64,000 bases of DNA from an uncultured Neglectibacter sp. (GTDB taxonomy: Bacteria; Bacillota; Clostridia; Oscillospirales; Acutalibacteraceae). The notes beneath the pieces are model-generated. The model was not told where the DNA came from, ran no database searches, and saw only the letters and a program-made list of their open reading frames with translations. The stretch covers positions 26,441 through 90,440 of the forward strand of contig CANSKS010000001.1 of the NCBI GenBank assembly GCA_947647615.1, written 5' to 3'. The position numbers were made by a program, and so were the translations under genes. Below, piece after piece: positions 18,146-27,413 of this stretch (the stretch's first letter is position 1; every line of letters begins with the position of its first letter).

Positions 18146-19192
18146 ATGGAACCGAATAAAAAGATCCGCGTTTTGGTGGTAGACGATTCTATGCTGGCGC
18201 GCAGTTTAATTATTAAGGGCCTTTCCGCGCACCCCCAAATAGAGGTGATTGGTTATGCCATTAACGCACTGGATGCGAGGAAAAAAATTCCCCAAATGAA
18301 GCCAGATGTTGTCACGATGGATGTGGAAATGCCGGCTTTAAACGGGATCGATTTTCTTAAGCAGTTTTTGCCCACCTACCCTGTTCCTGTCATTTTGGTA
18401 TCTTCTTTAAACCTAAAGGTTTTTGATGCTTTGGCTGCCGGCGCGGTAGATTTTGTACGGAAGCCCGAAAAGACAGGGCAAGAGGCCTTTATCAATTCCC
18501 TGACCCAAAAGGTGATTGTGGCCTCCCAGGCCAGAGTGAAGCTTCCCTCTTCCCTTACGAGCGGAGCCAAGACTGCCGCAGCTGCGGCCCCGCCTGTTTC
18601 CCGCATTGCGGTGCGCAGGCAGGTCATGATTGGCCTGGGGGCTTCTACCGGAGGTACGGAGGCCACCCTGGAAGTGATGAAACGGCTTCCGGCCGATATT
18701 CCCGGAATGCTAATTGTACAGCACATGCCTCCCGGGTTCACCCAGATGTATGCGGAACGCCTGAACCGGCTGTGCCGCATGGAAGTGCGTGAGGCCAAAA
18801 CCGGCGACGAGCTCCACCAGGGCCTGGCGTTGGTGGCCCCTGCAGATTTGCAATGCCGCTTAACCCGTATTGGCGACCGCTACACCGTATCCTGTACTCA
18901 CGGCGAAAAGGTAAGCGGCCACCGCCCCTCGGTGGATGTGATGTTCAGCTCCATGGCGGAAGTGGTGAAATGCCGCATGGTGGGCATTATTATGACGGGT
19001 ATGGGCCAAGACGGCGCCAACGGCCTGTTGGCCATGCGCCGGGCGGGGGCCTACACCATTGGACAGGATAAGGAATCTTCCGTGGTTTACGGCATGCCCG
19101 GCGTAGCTCATAAAATTGGCGCAGTGGTGACCCAGGCCTCCTGCGAACGCATTGCCGACGTACTGCTGCAGCACTTGCGCACATTGATATAA
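18146..19192 (+). CDS. cheB: Chemotaxis methylesterase/deamidase CheB (receiver + CheB_methylest)
   Basis: Receiver 'RVLVVDDS' and 'DVVTMDVEMP'. Esterase motifs 'GASTGG', 'HMPPGFT' and 'GMGQDG'. Confidence 0.9.
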   Translation: MEPNKKIRVLVVDDSMLARSLIIKGLSAHPQIEVIGYAINALDARKKIPQMKPDVVTMDVEMPALNGIDFLKQFLPTYPVPVILVSSLNLKVFDALAAGAVDFVRKPEKTGQEAFINSLTQKVIVASQARVKLPSSLTSGAKTAAAAAPPVSRIAVRRQVMIGLGASTGGTEATLEVMKRLPADIPGMLIVQHMPPGFTQMYAERLNRLCRMEVREAKTGDELHQGLALVAPADLQCRLTRIGDRYTVSCTHGEKVSGHRPSVDVMFSSMAEVVKCRMVGIIMTGMGQDGANGLLAMRRAGAYTIGQDKESSVVYGMPGVAHKIGAVVTQASCERIADVLLQHLRTLI

Positions 19193-19418
19193 CAAACCCG
19201 CTTCAAGGCGTTGGCCAAAGCTTTTGGAAGCCTGCCGCTTTTTAGCAGCGATGGCCCGCACCTGCAAAAACAAGAGCTTTGCTTTGGAGTTTTCAAATAG
19301 TTTTTCCCGAGGGAGTGTTGCGAAAGTTTTTCTTTTGCCGCACTCCCCCACTTGTTATTTCTCCCCTTTTCCCTTCATAAAAAACCGCTTCCCAAACTTT
19401 TTCTACCCTGTTTCTCCC

Positions 19419-19445
19419 TTAATTTTCCCCATCGACTGCCGATAG
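19419..19445 (+). promoter_or_regulatory. Sigma-28 (SigD/FliA)-type promoter candidate for the flgM operon
   Basis: TTAA (19419-19422), 15-nt spacer, GCCGATAG (19438-19445), ~60 nt upstream of the flgM start. Confidence 0.55.
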
Positions 19446-19505
19446 TATAAATAGTTCTTTAGAAATGTTTTGGCTATGATCAGCCGTGAAAGGATGTGAG
19501 TTAGC

Positions 19506-19820
19506 GTGCTGACTTCTTCTAGTTCCGGCGCCATCACCGGTGTGCGCCCCGCTACTACCTATTATTCCAGCCCTGAACGGGAAAATGTTTCCCAGGCTGC
19601 TGGAGCCCCCCATTACGACTCTGTCACCTTATCTCAAAACAGTGTGAAGGGAGAAAGCCGTTTTCGGAAGGAGCTTGCAAGCCGCCTCTCTCAGGAGGTC
19701 CGCACCGCCACCACCACCGGCGATATCCAGGCCCTTCGGCAAAAGGTGTCCAGCGGGGCGTATGTGCCGGACCCTGCCGCCATTGCCGCCCGTATGCTCT
19801 TTTTCACAGAGGAGGCTTAA
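19506..19820 (+). CDS. flgM: Anti-sigma-28 factor FlgM
   Basis: 104 aa with a GTG start 9 nt after GAAAGGATG. C-terminal 'IQALRQKVSSGAYVPDPAAIAARML' is the FlgM signature. Sits in the conserved position before flgN-flgK-flgL. Confidence 0.8.
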   Translation: MLTSSSSGAITGVRPATTYYSSPERENVSQAAGAPHYDSVTLSQNSVKGESRFRKELASRLSQEVRTATTTGDIQALRQKVSSGAYVPDPAAIAARMLFFTEEA

Positions 19821-20294
19821 ATGGACGGCCTTTACTTAGATTATTTAACGCTTCTGGAAAACCTGCAGAAAAGTCTGGAGCAGCTCACAGAGCTGGCCAA
19901 GCAAAAGACCGACGCGGTGAGAAGCGATGACCTTGTGGCTTTGGATGACATTTTGAAGCAGGAGCAGGTAATTTCGCTTTCTGTTCGGGGATACGACCAA
20001 AAGCGTCTGCAGCTTTTGCAGCAGCTGGGGCTGGAAGCCGTGACCCTTTCTAACTTGCCCCAGCATTACCCGGAAAGCCTGCGGCGGCAGGCAAAGGACA
20101 GGGTGGAAGCCCTGCGGCGGGAATACCGCATTTACTGCAGCGCCGCTGAAGTTGCCCGCAATACTTTAGAATGCAACCTCCATGAAGTGGAAAAATTTTT
20201 GGCTCAGGCCAGCGGTGATGCTCCTGTTGGCCCGGGTTATGTACATCCCGAAGTGGAACCTCCATCTTCTATGAAAACAGATTTTCGCGCCTGA
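19821..20294 (+). CDS. flgN: FlgN-family flagellar export chaperone
   Basis: 157 aa and helical. 'LLENLQKSLEQLTELAKQKTDAVRSDDLVALDDILKQEQ'. The ATG abuts the flgM stop (TAAATG). Position matches flgM-flgN-flgK. Confidence 0.75.
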   Translation: MDGLYLDYLTLLENLQKSLEQLTELAKQKTDAVRSDDLVALDDILKQEQVISLSVRGYDQKRLQLLQQLGLEAVTLSNLPQHYPESLRRQAKDRVEALRREYRIYCSAAEVARNTLECNLHEVEKFLAQASGDAPVGPGYVHPEVEPPSSMKTDFRA

Positions 20295-20348
20295 AAAACC
20301 GGCGCCCTATGAAAGAACGCCAATCGTATTTAGAAAGGAATTAACAGA

Positions 20349-22322
20349 ATGGGTGTATTAGGTACCTTTGCTTCTTTTAATACGGCCCGGCTGGGCATTT
20401 ATACCTCTCAAAAGGGCTTAGATGTTACCGGTAATAACATCGCCAATATTAACACCCCCGGTTACACCCGGCAGGTGCTGGACCAGATCGCTTTGAAAAC
20501 CGGCGGAAAAGACCGTTACCAGAATATTTACGACGCCCGGGTGGGCAACGGCTCTTTGAGCGTAGGCATTTCCCAAATTCGTGACCCTTACCTGGATATT
20601 CGGTACCGCACGGAAATGTCCAGCGTGGGAGCCATGCAGTCGAAGCTTTCTGCCCTGCAGGACCTGCGGGACATTTTGGACGAAGTGGGCAAGGGCGACG
20701 AGGAGTTCGGCATTATCGACGCCCAGTTCAGCGATTTTGTGAACTCCCTGCAAAAGCTGACCACCAATACCAACGAGGGTGAATTCGATGTACAGGCCAG
20801 GACTTCCGCCCGGGCCTTGGTTTCTTTGTTCAACAGCACCGCCAAAAAGCTTACAGAGCTCTACGAAAACACTCAAAAGAATTACGACTCTAAGGTAAAA
20901 GAGGTCAATGAGATCCTCACAAAAATTCGGGATTTAAACGAATCTATTCGCAAAAGCGAGATCCACGGCGACGGCGCTTTGGAGCAGCGGGATACCCGGA
21001 ACAACCTGATTGACCAGCTTTCCGAGTATATAAAGATCGACGTGGTTTACAGCATGGAAGATATTGGCGGCGGCCAAGAGGTGGAAAAGCTCACCATTAA
21101 GCTGGGCAACGCCAACCCGGACCCGGGTGTTGCCACCGACAGAACTACCTTGGTCGACGGCCTTTTCGCAGGGCAGCTGAGCACTACGCAGGTGCCGCGG
21201 AAAAATTCGCTGTACGACCCTGCTGAAACAGACCAAACTTCAGACAGTTTTTATCAATATTTAATGCCTGATGGTGCAGGACTCACCAATGATATTACCA
21301 AAGCCGAAATGGTGGACGACGAGTATTACCGGCTTACCGTAAGCGCCCTTACCGATTCCCGGGGTAAGATCCTCAACTCCGATAAGGCCGATCAAGCGAA
21401 ATATCCCGAATCCAAGCCCGTAGAGCTGGATGACAACGATTTGTACGGTTCCCTGCAGGCCGTGCGGGAAATGCTTACGGAAAAGGGCGAGTTTTCTTGT
21501 ACAGATGAAATCCAGAACATAGACGAAAACGCGGCCTCCAAGCGGGGCATTCAGTATTACCAGAGGTCTTTGGACCTGCTGGCCAACCAGTTTGCCGCGG
21601 CCTTTAACGAAATGAACACCGGATATATGAAAAATGAAGCCGGGGAGTACATTGATAAAGATGGTAATTCCATTCTTCTTAACGGCTCACCTATTAAAGA
21701 TACCGGGCTTTCTGCGGACCAGCAGGCAGCTTTGGATGGATATACTCCTCCCACGTTGGAAGCCTACTTGAAAGATTATGGCGGCTACCAGCCTTCCAGT
21801 GCCGGTGTATTGTTCAGCAACCGGGGCGATAACAATCTTACCGATGGCATCACCGCCGCCAACATTTCCATTTCCAGTGATTGGGCCAACAACGCGGTGC
21901 ATTTGGTCACCACCTATACCCGCCACGAAAAAATGGAGCCAGGCACTACCGATAACTCCAACATCACCCACATGATCGCTCAAATGGACGCGAAACGGAA
22001 GTTCTTCCCCAAGGACGTAATGGGCGATATTGTGGCCGATAAAACCGATATGTTCTACGGCTCCTTCCAGGAGATGTTCACCAATATGGAAAGCGTACTG
22101 GGCAACGATTCCCGGGAAGCCAACATTATGCTGAATAACTATTACACCACTTCGGTGGATCTGGATTCCGGCCGTATGTCGGTTTCCAGCGTGGACCTCA
22201 ACGACGAGGCCGCCAACATGATGCAATATCAAAAATCCTATGCTGCCGCCTGCCGTTTAATGACGGTTTTGGACCAGGCTTTAGAGAAGCTGATCAACGG
22301 CACCGGCGTTGTAGGCTTGTAA
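20349..22322 (+). CDS. flgK: Flagellar hook-associated protein 1 FlgK
   Basis: N-terminal 'LDVTGNNIANINTPGYTRQ' and C-terminal 'VDLNDEAANMMQYQKSYAAACRLMTVLD'. Confidence 0.95.
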   Translation: MGVLGTFASFNTARLGIYTSQKGLDVTGNNIANINTPGYTRQVLDQIALKTGGKDRYQNIYDARVGNGSLSVGISQIRDPYLDIRYRTEMSSVGAMQSKLSALQDLRDILDEVGKGDEEFGIIDAQFSDFVNSLQKLTTNTNEGEFDVQARTSARALVSLFNSTAKKLTELYENTQKNYDSKVKEVNEILTKIRDLNESIRKSEIHGDGALEQRDTRNNLIDQLSEYIKIDVVYSMEDIGGGQEVEKLTIKLGNANPDPGVATDRTTLVDGLFAGQLSTTQVPRKNSLYDPAETDQTSDSFYQYLMPDGAGLTNDITKAEMVDDEYYRLTVSALTDSRGKILNSDKADQAKYPESKPVELDDNDLYGSLQAVREMLTEKGEFSCTDEIQNIDENAASKRGIQYYQRSLDLLANQFAAAFNEMNTGYMKNEAGEYIDKDGNSILLNGSPIKDTGLSADQQAALDGYTPPTLEAYLKDYGGYQPSSAGVLFSNRGDNNLTDGITAANISISSDWANNAVHLVTTYTRHEKMEPGTTDNSNITHMIAQMDAKRKFFPKDVMGDIVADKTDMFYGSFQEMFTNMESVLGNDSREANIMLNNYYTTSVDLDSGRMSVSSVDLNDEAANMMQYQKSYAAACRLMTVLDQALEKLINGTGVVGL

Positions 22323-22345
22323 GAATTTAGAAGGGAGGCAGTGTT

Positions 22346-23425
22346 ATGATTCGTGTTACTACCAACAGTGTATTAAAAAATTACCGGTATAACTTAAACC
22401 GTTCCATTAACAATTTGGAAGATGCCAGGCAGCTGGTGCTCACCGGCCGCAACTTCAACTCCTTTGCGGAAGACCCTTCCGCGGCGGCTCAATCCTTTAA
22501 GCTGCGCCGTTCCTACCTGCGCACCAAGAGTCAATACGAGGTGAGCCAGGCGGTTAACAGTAAATACCAGGCGGCCTGGAGCACTTTGGAAACCGTGGTA
22601 AACGACGTAGATAACCGGAAGGGCGAATGTGCCAAAACCGCGGAACTAGTGGCCGGTAACGACCCTACCGCTTCCGGTCGCAACGCCTTGGGCAAAAACA
22701 TGGAGCAGCTGGCAGAGGGCATTATTCAGGCTATGAACGGCTGCAAATATGGTGACAGCTTTTCCTTTGCCGGAGCCGACGGCTTAAATGTGCCCTTTAC
22801 CTGGGAAAATAAGTTAGACGCCGACGGCAATGTAGTGGGCAAACAGCTTTGCTACCGGAAGATTCCTGTAGATATTTCAAAAGATGATAATCCCGAACAG
22901 TATGCCCTGCTGGAATCCCTTACCACAGAAAAGAAATTTATGGACATTGGCCTGGGCCTGCAGGAGGATGAAAACGGCAAACTCATAGAATCCAGCGCTT
23001 TCGACGCTTCCTTGCCAGGGATCAACTTCCTGGGCTACGGCACGGACGAGGATGGCGACCCGAAAAACGTGGTTTCCATTATCAACCAGATGGGCGAAAT
23101 TCTCTCTCGTTGTTCGGAGAACGGCACTTGGGCCACCGAAGACGACGAAAAAGATTTCCGCCGCTTAATGAAAAAGTTCGAAACCTCTGCCGACGGCTTA
23201 AAGGTAGCCCACACCGAGCTGGCCACCGAAGCCAAGTTCCTTTCGGACAACGAAGCCCAGCTAAAGGAAACCGGCTATACCTTAAACGAGCACATTATGA
23301 ACCTGGACCAGGTAGATACCGCCGAGGCCATCACCTCCTTTATTTGGGCCCAGTACAGCTACAATGCCTCCTTGCAAATGGGCACCAGTGTCCTGGGGCA
23401 AAGCCTCATGGACTATTTGAACTGA
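22346..23425 (+). CDS. flgL: Flagellar hook-associated protein 3 FlgL
   Basis: Flagellin-like N-terminus 'MIRVTTNSVLKNYRYNLNRS...TGRNFNSFAEDPSAAAQ' and C-terminal 'DTAEAITSFIWAQYSYNASLQM'. Confidence 0.9.
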   Translation: MIRVTTNSVLKNYRYNLNRSINNLEDARQLVLTGRNFNSFAEDPSAAAQSFKLRRSYLRTKSQYEVSQAVNSKYQAAWSTLETVVNDVDNRKGECAKTAELVAGNDPTASGRNALGKNMEQLAEGIIQAMNGCKYGDSFSFAGADGLNVPFTWENKLDADGNVVGKQLCYRKIPVDISKDDNPEQYALLESLTTEKKFMDIGLGLQEDENGKLIESSAFDASLPGINFLGYGTDEDGDPKNVVSIINQMGEILSRCSENGTWATEDDEKDFRRLMKKFETSADGLKVAHTELATEAKFLSDNEAQLKETGYTLNEHIMNLDQVDTAEAITSFIWAQYSYNASLQMGTSVLGQSLMDYLN

Positions 23426-23530
23426 TAAGCTTTGAAGCTCTGCTTTCGCTGCCTGGAAAAGTCACAGCGAACGGGGATTCTTGCTATAATTTTATGAAAA
23501 AGATTTCTTTTGGAAAGGAGCCGCTCTTTC

Positions 23531-24145
23531 ATGTACCCGTTGATCGAAATTAAAACGGTCCCCATTGAAATAGAGATGAAGGTGACCAACGCGAAACTGG
23601 AGTATAAAAGGGGGACGGCGGATCTTGAGATTTCTCGTGACAAAGGCGGGCTGAACATTCGCAGCCGCCCCATCCGCCTGAACCTGGATACCTTTGAGGC
23701 GCGCAACTCTATTGTTCCCACGCCCGTTCGGGCCATAGAGCAAAGCGCCCAGCAGGGCCAGCAGGCTGCTTATGAGGCCACCGCCGTTTATGCCCAGCAG
23801 GGAAAAATGCTGTTAAATGCCAAGGTGGGAGACCCCGACTTGATCCCCCAATTCGCGGCAAGGCACCAAACCGAAAATTTAAAGGACCATGTGGGTCTTG
23901 AGTTTTTGCCCTCCGTAGGGCCGGAAATAACCTGGAACCCCGGCGAAATGCAAATTCGCTACGAAATGGATAAGCTGAATTTTGACTGGCGTTTGAACAA
24001 ACCCAACTTCCAGTTTACTCCCGGCGACATTGAAATTTCTGTAAAGCAGCAGCCCGACGTGGTGATTAAGTATGTGGGCGGTCCTCTTTATGTACCCCCC
24101 TCTTCCGACCCTAACTACGAGCCCCCTGTTACAGAGGAAGGTTGA
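23531..24145 (+). CDS. YviE-like protein (DUF6470-type) of the flgL-fliW interval
   Basis: ~204 aa. Same position as Bacillus subtilis yviE (flgL-yviE-fliW-csrA). SD GGAAAGGAG lies 9 nt before ATG 23531. The ORF track starts at 23510. Confidence 0.6.
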   Translation: MYPLIEIKTVPIEIEMKVTNAKLEYKRGTADLEISRDKGGLNIRSRPIRLNLDTFEARNSIVPTPVRAIEQSAQQGQQAAYEATAVYAQQGKMLLNAKVGDPDLIPQFAARHQTENLKDHVGLEFLPSVGPEITWNPGEMQIRYEMDKLNFDWRLNKPNFQFTPGDIEISVKQQPDVVIKYVGGPLYVPPSSDPNYEPPVTEEG

Positions 24146-24150
24146 AAGGA

Positions 24151-24618
24151 ATGGCCTTAGCTATGACCCTGCAAACCAAATATTTCGGCGGCATTGAGTA
24201 CGAGCAAAAAGAGTGCATTTCCTTTCCTGCGGGGCTTTTTGGCTTCGAAGAAGAACGTTCCTTTTTGCTTATCCCCTTTCAAGATGACCAAAGCGGGCTT
24301 TTGTGCCTACAGAGCACCCAAACCCCGGAGCTGGCCTTTATTGCGGTAGATCCCTTTTCTTTAAAGCCCAACTATGCGCCGGTGCTCTCCGCTACCGATT
24401 TGGAAGCTTTGGGCGCGGCAGAAAGCCAGGACCTTTCTTACTACACCCTTTGTGTGGTGCGGAACCCTGTGGCCAACAGCACGGTAAATTTAAAGTGCCC
24501 TGTGGCGGTAAATGTGGAAACCCGCACTGCCCGCCAGGTGATTTTAGACACCGAAGAATATGAAATGCGCCATCCCCTTGCAGAGTTTGGACGCAAGGAG
24601 GAAGACGCTTTATGCTAA
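24151..24618 (+). CDS. fliW: Flagellar assembly factor FliW (CsrA antagonist)
   Basis: '[24 protein letters not shown]...LCLQS...FIAVDPF' and '[20 protein letters not shown]'. The ORF-track TTG at 24142 overlaps the previous stop, and ATG 24151 follows GAGGAAGG. Confidence 0.9.
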   Translation: MALAMTLQTKYFGGIEYEQKECISFPAGLFGFEEERSFLLIPFQDDQSGLLCLQSTQTPELAFIAVDPFSLKPNYAPVLSATDLEALGAAESQDLSYYTLCVVRNPVANSTVNLKCPVAVNVETRTARQVILDTEEYEMRHPLAEFGRKEEDALC

Positions 24619-24884
24619 TTTTGAACCGGAAAGCCGGGGAATCTTTAGAGATCGGCGAAGATATTACCGTAACCGTGGTTTCTATAGACGGGGGAAAGGT
24701 GCGCTTGGCGATTTCCGCCCCGAAAAGTGTGCCCATTCTGCGGGGCGAGCTGGTTACCGCCACCGCCGCCGCCAACCAGGATTCCGCCCAGGAGGAGGCC
24801 GAACCCAGCGAGCTTTTGCGTATGCTGGGCGCCAGGTTTACCCCCGGCGGCAGTTCTGCCCCCGACGAAGGACCTTCGGAATAA
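24612..24884 (+). CDS. csrA: Carbon storage regulator / translational repressor CsrA
   Basis: '[47 protein letters not shown]'. The ATG overlaps the fliW stop. Confidence 0.95.
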   Translation: MLILNRKAGESLEIGEDITVTVVSIDGGKVRLAISAPKSVPILRGELVTATAAANQDSAQEEAEPSELLRMLGARFTPGGSSAPDEGPSE

Positions 24885-24908
24885 GCACCCCGGAAAGGAG
24901 GTATTTTT

Positions 24909-25097
24909 ATGATGGACGCAATTGCCGGCATGGCAACCAGTATGAGCGCCGCCCAGTTCGCCACGGAATATTCCATGGGTGTTACCAAAAAGGTGATGGA
25001 TACCCAAGAGGCGATGGCCCAGAACATTCTGGAAATGCTGCCCGATGTTTCCCAAATGGCGCCCCCCAAGGGCCAGTTTATTGACGTTTACGCCTAA
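24909..25097 (+). CDS. YjfB-like putative motility protein
   Basis: 62 aa. 'MSAAQFATEYSMGVTKKVMDTQEAMAQNILEML' matches the YjfB_motility family pattern. SD GGAAAGGAGG lies upstream. Confidence 0.7.
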   Translation: MMDAIAGMATSMSAAQFATEYSMGVTKKVMDTQEAMAQNILEMLPDVSQMAPPKGQFIDVYA

Positions 25098-25117
25098 CAA
25101 CAAAACCAAAACAGAGT

Positions 25118-25159
25118 AAAGCCGGCAGCTTGGAAAAAGAGCTGTCGGCTTTGTTTTTT
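25118..25159 (+). terminator. Rho-independent terminator ending the flgM...csrA-yjfB transcription unit
   Basis: Stem AAAGCCGGCAGCT (25118-25130) / AGCTGTCGGCTTT (25140-25152, one G:T wobble), followed by GTTTTTT. Confidence 0.7.
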
Positions 25160-25231
25160 ACAGTTTTAAAATAGATCTTGCGTTTATAAATTGGATTTCA
25201 AAAAATATTTTTTTGAAGTAGCGTATAAATC

Positions 25232-25259
25232 TTGATTTTTCGAAAAAACATAGTACAAT
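25232..25259 (+). promoter_or_regulatory. Sigma-70-type promoter candidate for the ATPase/RloB pair
   Basis: TTGATT (25232-25237), 16-nt spacer, TACAAT (25254-25259), in an AT-rich 128-nt spacer. SD GGAGAAGGGAGGA precedes ATG 25288. Confidence 0.4.
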
Positions 25260-25287
25260 AAAGTCAAGGAGAAGGGAGGAACCGGCA

Positions 25288-26496
25288 ATGCTTTGTCAGT
25301 TTACATTTCAAAATTTCAGATCCTATAGATCGGAGACAACCTTCGATTTCCAGGCGACTGCTATCCCGGAATTTGCCGATACGTTGATCTCCGGCGGCAA
25401 GGCCGGTGCTTTGCTGCCTGTAGGAGTTATCTACGGGCCCAACGGAGGAGGCAAGTCGAACCTTTTGCAGGCTCTGTCTTGCCTTATCACCGCAGTTGTA
25501 AAGCCCATTCAAGAGATGCGAAAAGCCAGAACAGATATTGTGATCCAGCAATGGGCAGATTGTGCCTCCTACCTCTTTGACGAAGAATCGAGATCGCAGC
25601 CAACAGAATTTGAAGTTTTCTTTCGGCAGGAAAAGAAGGAATACCGCTACCGCCTTTCTCTTATGGAAGATGAAGTGATTTCGGAAGCCTTGTATTGGAA
25701 AGCTATAGGTGCAAGGCGCCCGGGGACTGTATTTGAAAGAGAAAAATCGGAAATCGCCCTGGGGGCAAGCATAGATAAAGCGGGCATTAACCGCTCTGTG
25801 AACCCCAAAATGCCCTACTTGACATTCCTGGCAATAAATTACGATATTCCCGTTATTGTGGAGGTGCAGAAGTGGTTTGAAGCCTGCATCATTCGCAATT
25901 ATGACAACCCAATCGTGGAAGGAAATATACTCGTGCCTGCCGGAAACCCATTTCAAGAAAAAATTATCCGGGCGCTGAACGATATAGGGATTGACCTTAC
26001 AGGGTACAGGATTGACGAGACGAACAAACGTCTCTATACCCAGCGCACAATTAACGGCCATGTTTTTGAACTGTACTTTGACGAGGAATCTGCCGGGACA
26101 AAAAAATTGATTGGGGTGATTCCCTTGATCCTGTGGGCCTTACAAGACGGAAGGCTTGTGGTGATCGATGAGTTGGATGCAAAGCTTCATCCAAAGCTTC
26201 TGCGGTATATCATCTCTTTATTCAAGAACAAAGAGATCAACACAAAGGGAGCCCAATTGCTGTTTACTTCCCAGGATATGACTACCATGAAAAACACCGT
26301 ATTCCGCAGAGACGAGATATGGTTCGCCGCCCAAAACGAAGGGCACGAAAGCGAGATCTATTCCCTTTATGAGATCCGCCGGGAAGATAACGAGCGCGTC
26401 AACAGTACCGCGGCCTTTGATAAGCAATATTTGGAGGGACGTTACGGGGCCGACCCTTACCTCTCCAACATGCTGGCGGAGGAAAACTGGACATGA
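25288..26496 (+). CDS. ABC/SMC-like AAA ATPase (AAA_15/21 type; AbiLi / OLD-ATPase-like)
   Basis: 402 aa. Walker A 'GPNGGGKSN', Walker B 'LVVIDELDAKLHP', then 'LLFTSQD'. The N-terminal 'FTFQNFRSYR' is typical of this ATPase class. Confidence 0.85.
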   Translation: MLCQFTFQNFRSYRSETTFDFQATAIPEFADTLISGGKAGALLPVGVIYGPNGGGKSNLLQALSCLITAVVKPIQEMRKARTDIVIQQWADCASYLFDEESRSQPTEFEVFFRQEKKEYRYRLSLMEDEVISEALYWKAIGARRPGTVFEREKSEIALGASIDKAGINRSVNPKMPYLTFLAINYDIPVIVEVQKWFEACIIRNYDNPIVEGNILVPAGNPFQEKIIRALNDIGIDLTGYRIDETNKRLYTQRTINGHVFELYFDEESAGTKKLIGVIPLILWALQDGRLVVIDELDAKLHPKLLRYIISLFKNKEINTKGAQLLFTSQDMTTMKNTVFRRDEIWFAAQNEGHESEIYSLYEIRREDNERVNSTAAFDKQYLEGRYGADPYLSNMLAEENWT

Positions 26497-27167
26497 ACCC
26501 GAAGCCTATGAAAAAGAGCGACCTTGGAAAAGGATGGATAAAACCACGCCGGGATGAAAAAAGAAAGATATCGCCGGAATATCACTTGATCATAACAGAG
26601 GGCACAAAAACTGAGCCCTTATACTTTCAGGCCATAAGAGATATCATCAATCGGAAATATCGCGCCAGAGTTCAAGTGGATATCTCCGGGGAAGGCCATA
26701 ACACACTTAGCCTGTTTGAACGAGCAAGGGAACGGGTGGCGAAAAGCGCGAACGGGTATTCCCATGTGTGGGTAGTGTACGATACAGATGATTTTCCTGC
26801 CGACCGTATTAACCGGACGGCGGAACTTTGTGCCGGGGCAGGGACGGAAGATACCACCTATCACGCCATATGGTCTAACCAATGTATTGAGTTATGGTAC
26901 CTGCCCCATTTCGGGTTCTACCAAACCAACATCCCCCGAAAAGCATACGGCCAAAAGCTCACAGAGCAGCTAGAACGGATTAACGCCGACAGCTATGCCA
27001 AGAACCGGGCAGATATGTTCGAGGTTCTCCGGCCTTACCTGGATTCGGCAATCGCCAACGCGAAATTGCTGGATAAACAGAACCAAGGGAAAACTCCGGC
27101 AGCCGCGGCGCCGGGTACCAAAGTATTTGAACTGATCGATGTTTTAAGAACCTACTTAGGGGATTGA
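26493..27167 (+). CDS. RloB-like / TOPRIM-type protein (AbiLii-like partner)
   Basis: 224 aa. 'YHLIITEGTKTEPLYF' (TOPRIM Glu) and 'VWVVYDTDDF' (DxD). The start overlaps the ATPase stop (ATGA), implying translational coupling. Confidence 0.8.
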   Translation: MNPKPMKKSDLGKGWIKPRRDEKRKISPEYHLIITEGTKTEPLYFQAIRDIINRKYRARVQVDISGEGHNTLSLFERARERVAKSANGYSHVWVVYDTDDFPADRINRTAELCAGAGTEDTTYHAIWSNQCIELWYLPHFGFYQTNIPRKAYGQKLTEQLERINADSYAKNRADMFEVLRPYLDSAIANAKLLDKQNQGKTPAAAAPGTKVFELIDVLRTYLGD

Positions 27168-27234
27168 GCCTTTCCGGTTTTCCCCCCTACGAATAGCCGC
27201 CTGAAAACCCTTCCGAAAATTCCTCCCTTGCCCT

Positions 27235-27262
27235 GTTATTTTTCGGAAGAAGGGGACGATAT
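27235..27262 (+). promoter_or_regulatory. Weak sigma-28-type promoter candidate for the flagellin gene
   Basis: -10-like GACGATAT (27255-27262). The -35 region reads only GTTAT (27235-27239), a poor match to TAAA/TTAA. Would give a ~150-nt leader. Confidence 0.3.
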
Positions 27263-27364
27263 AGTAATTGTCAAGAGGTTTTGGCAGAATCTTCTTTGCA
27301 GGCCTGCGGGGGTTACGCCAAACGCTCTTGCACCTATATTATTCGCGCAACTCTACAGCGTGGC

Positions 27365-27405
27365 CGTGGAACATGGATGTTCCGCGAGAAAAATCATGGA
27401 GGATT
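27365..27405 (+). promoter_or_regulatory. Putative CsrA-binding sites in the flagellin 5' leader (GGA-loop hairpin plus GGA in the SD)
   Basis: Hairpin CGTGGAAC (27365-27372) / GTTCCGCG (27379-27386) presents loop AUGGAU. A second GGA motif lies in the SD 'AUCAUGGAGGAUUG' (27398-27403), 10 nt before ATG 27414. Confidence 0.5.
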
Positions 27406-27413
27406 GTTTTTTT

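Noticed and set aside
25160-27250. Mobile-element boundaries around the ATPase/RloB pair.
   Set aside because: No integrase, transposase or flanking direct repeats were found. Only an AT-rich near-palindrome (TTCAAAAAAT/ATTTTTTTGAA, ~25197-25218) and an imperfect inverted repeat (27210-27249) are present. These are insufficient to call a mobile element.
27228-27413. N-terminal 62-aa extension of the flagellin ORF in the ORF track.
   Set aside because: The conserved flagellin N-terminus 'MRIQHNIMAMNAYRN' starts at ATG 27414 with GGAGGA 10 nt upstream. The extension covers the leader hairpin and promoter-like sequence.
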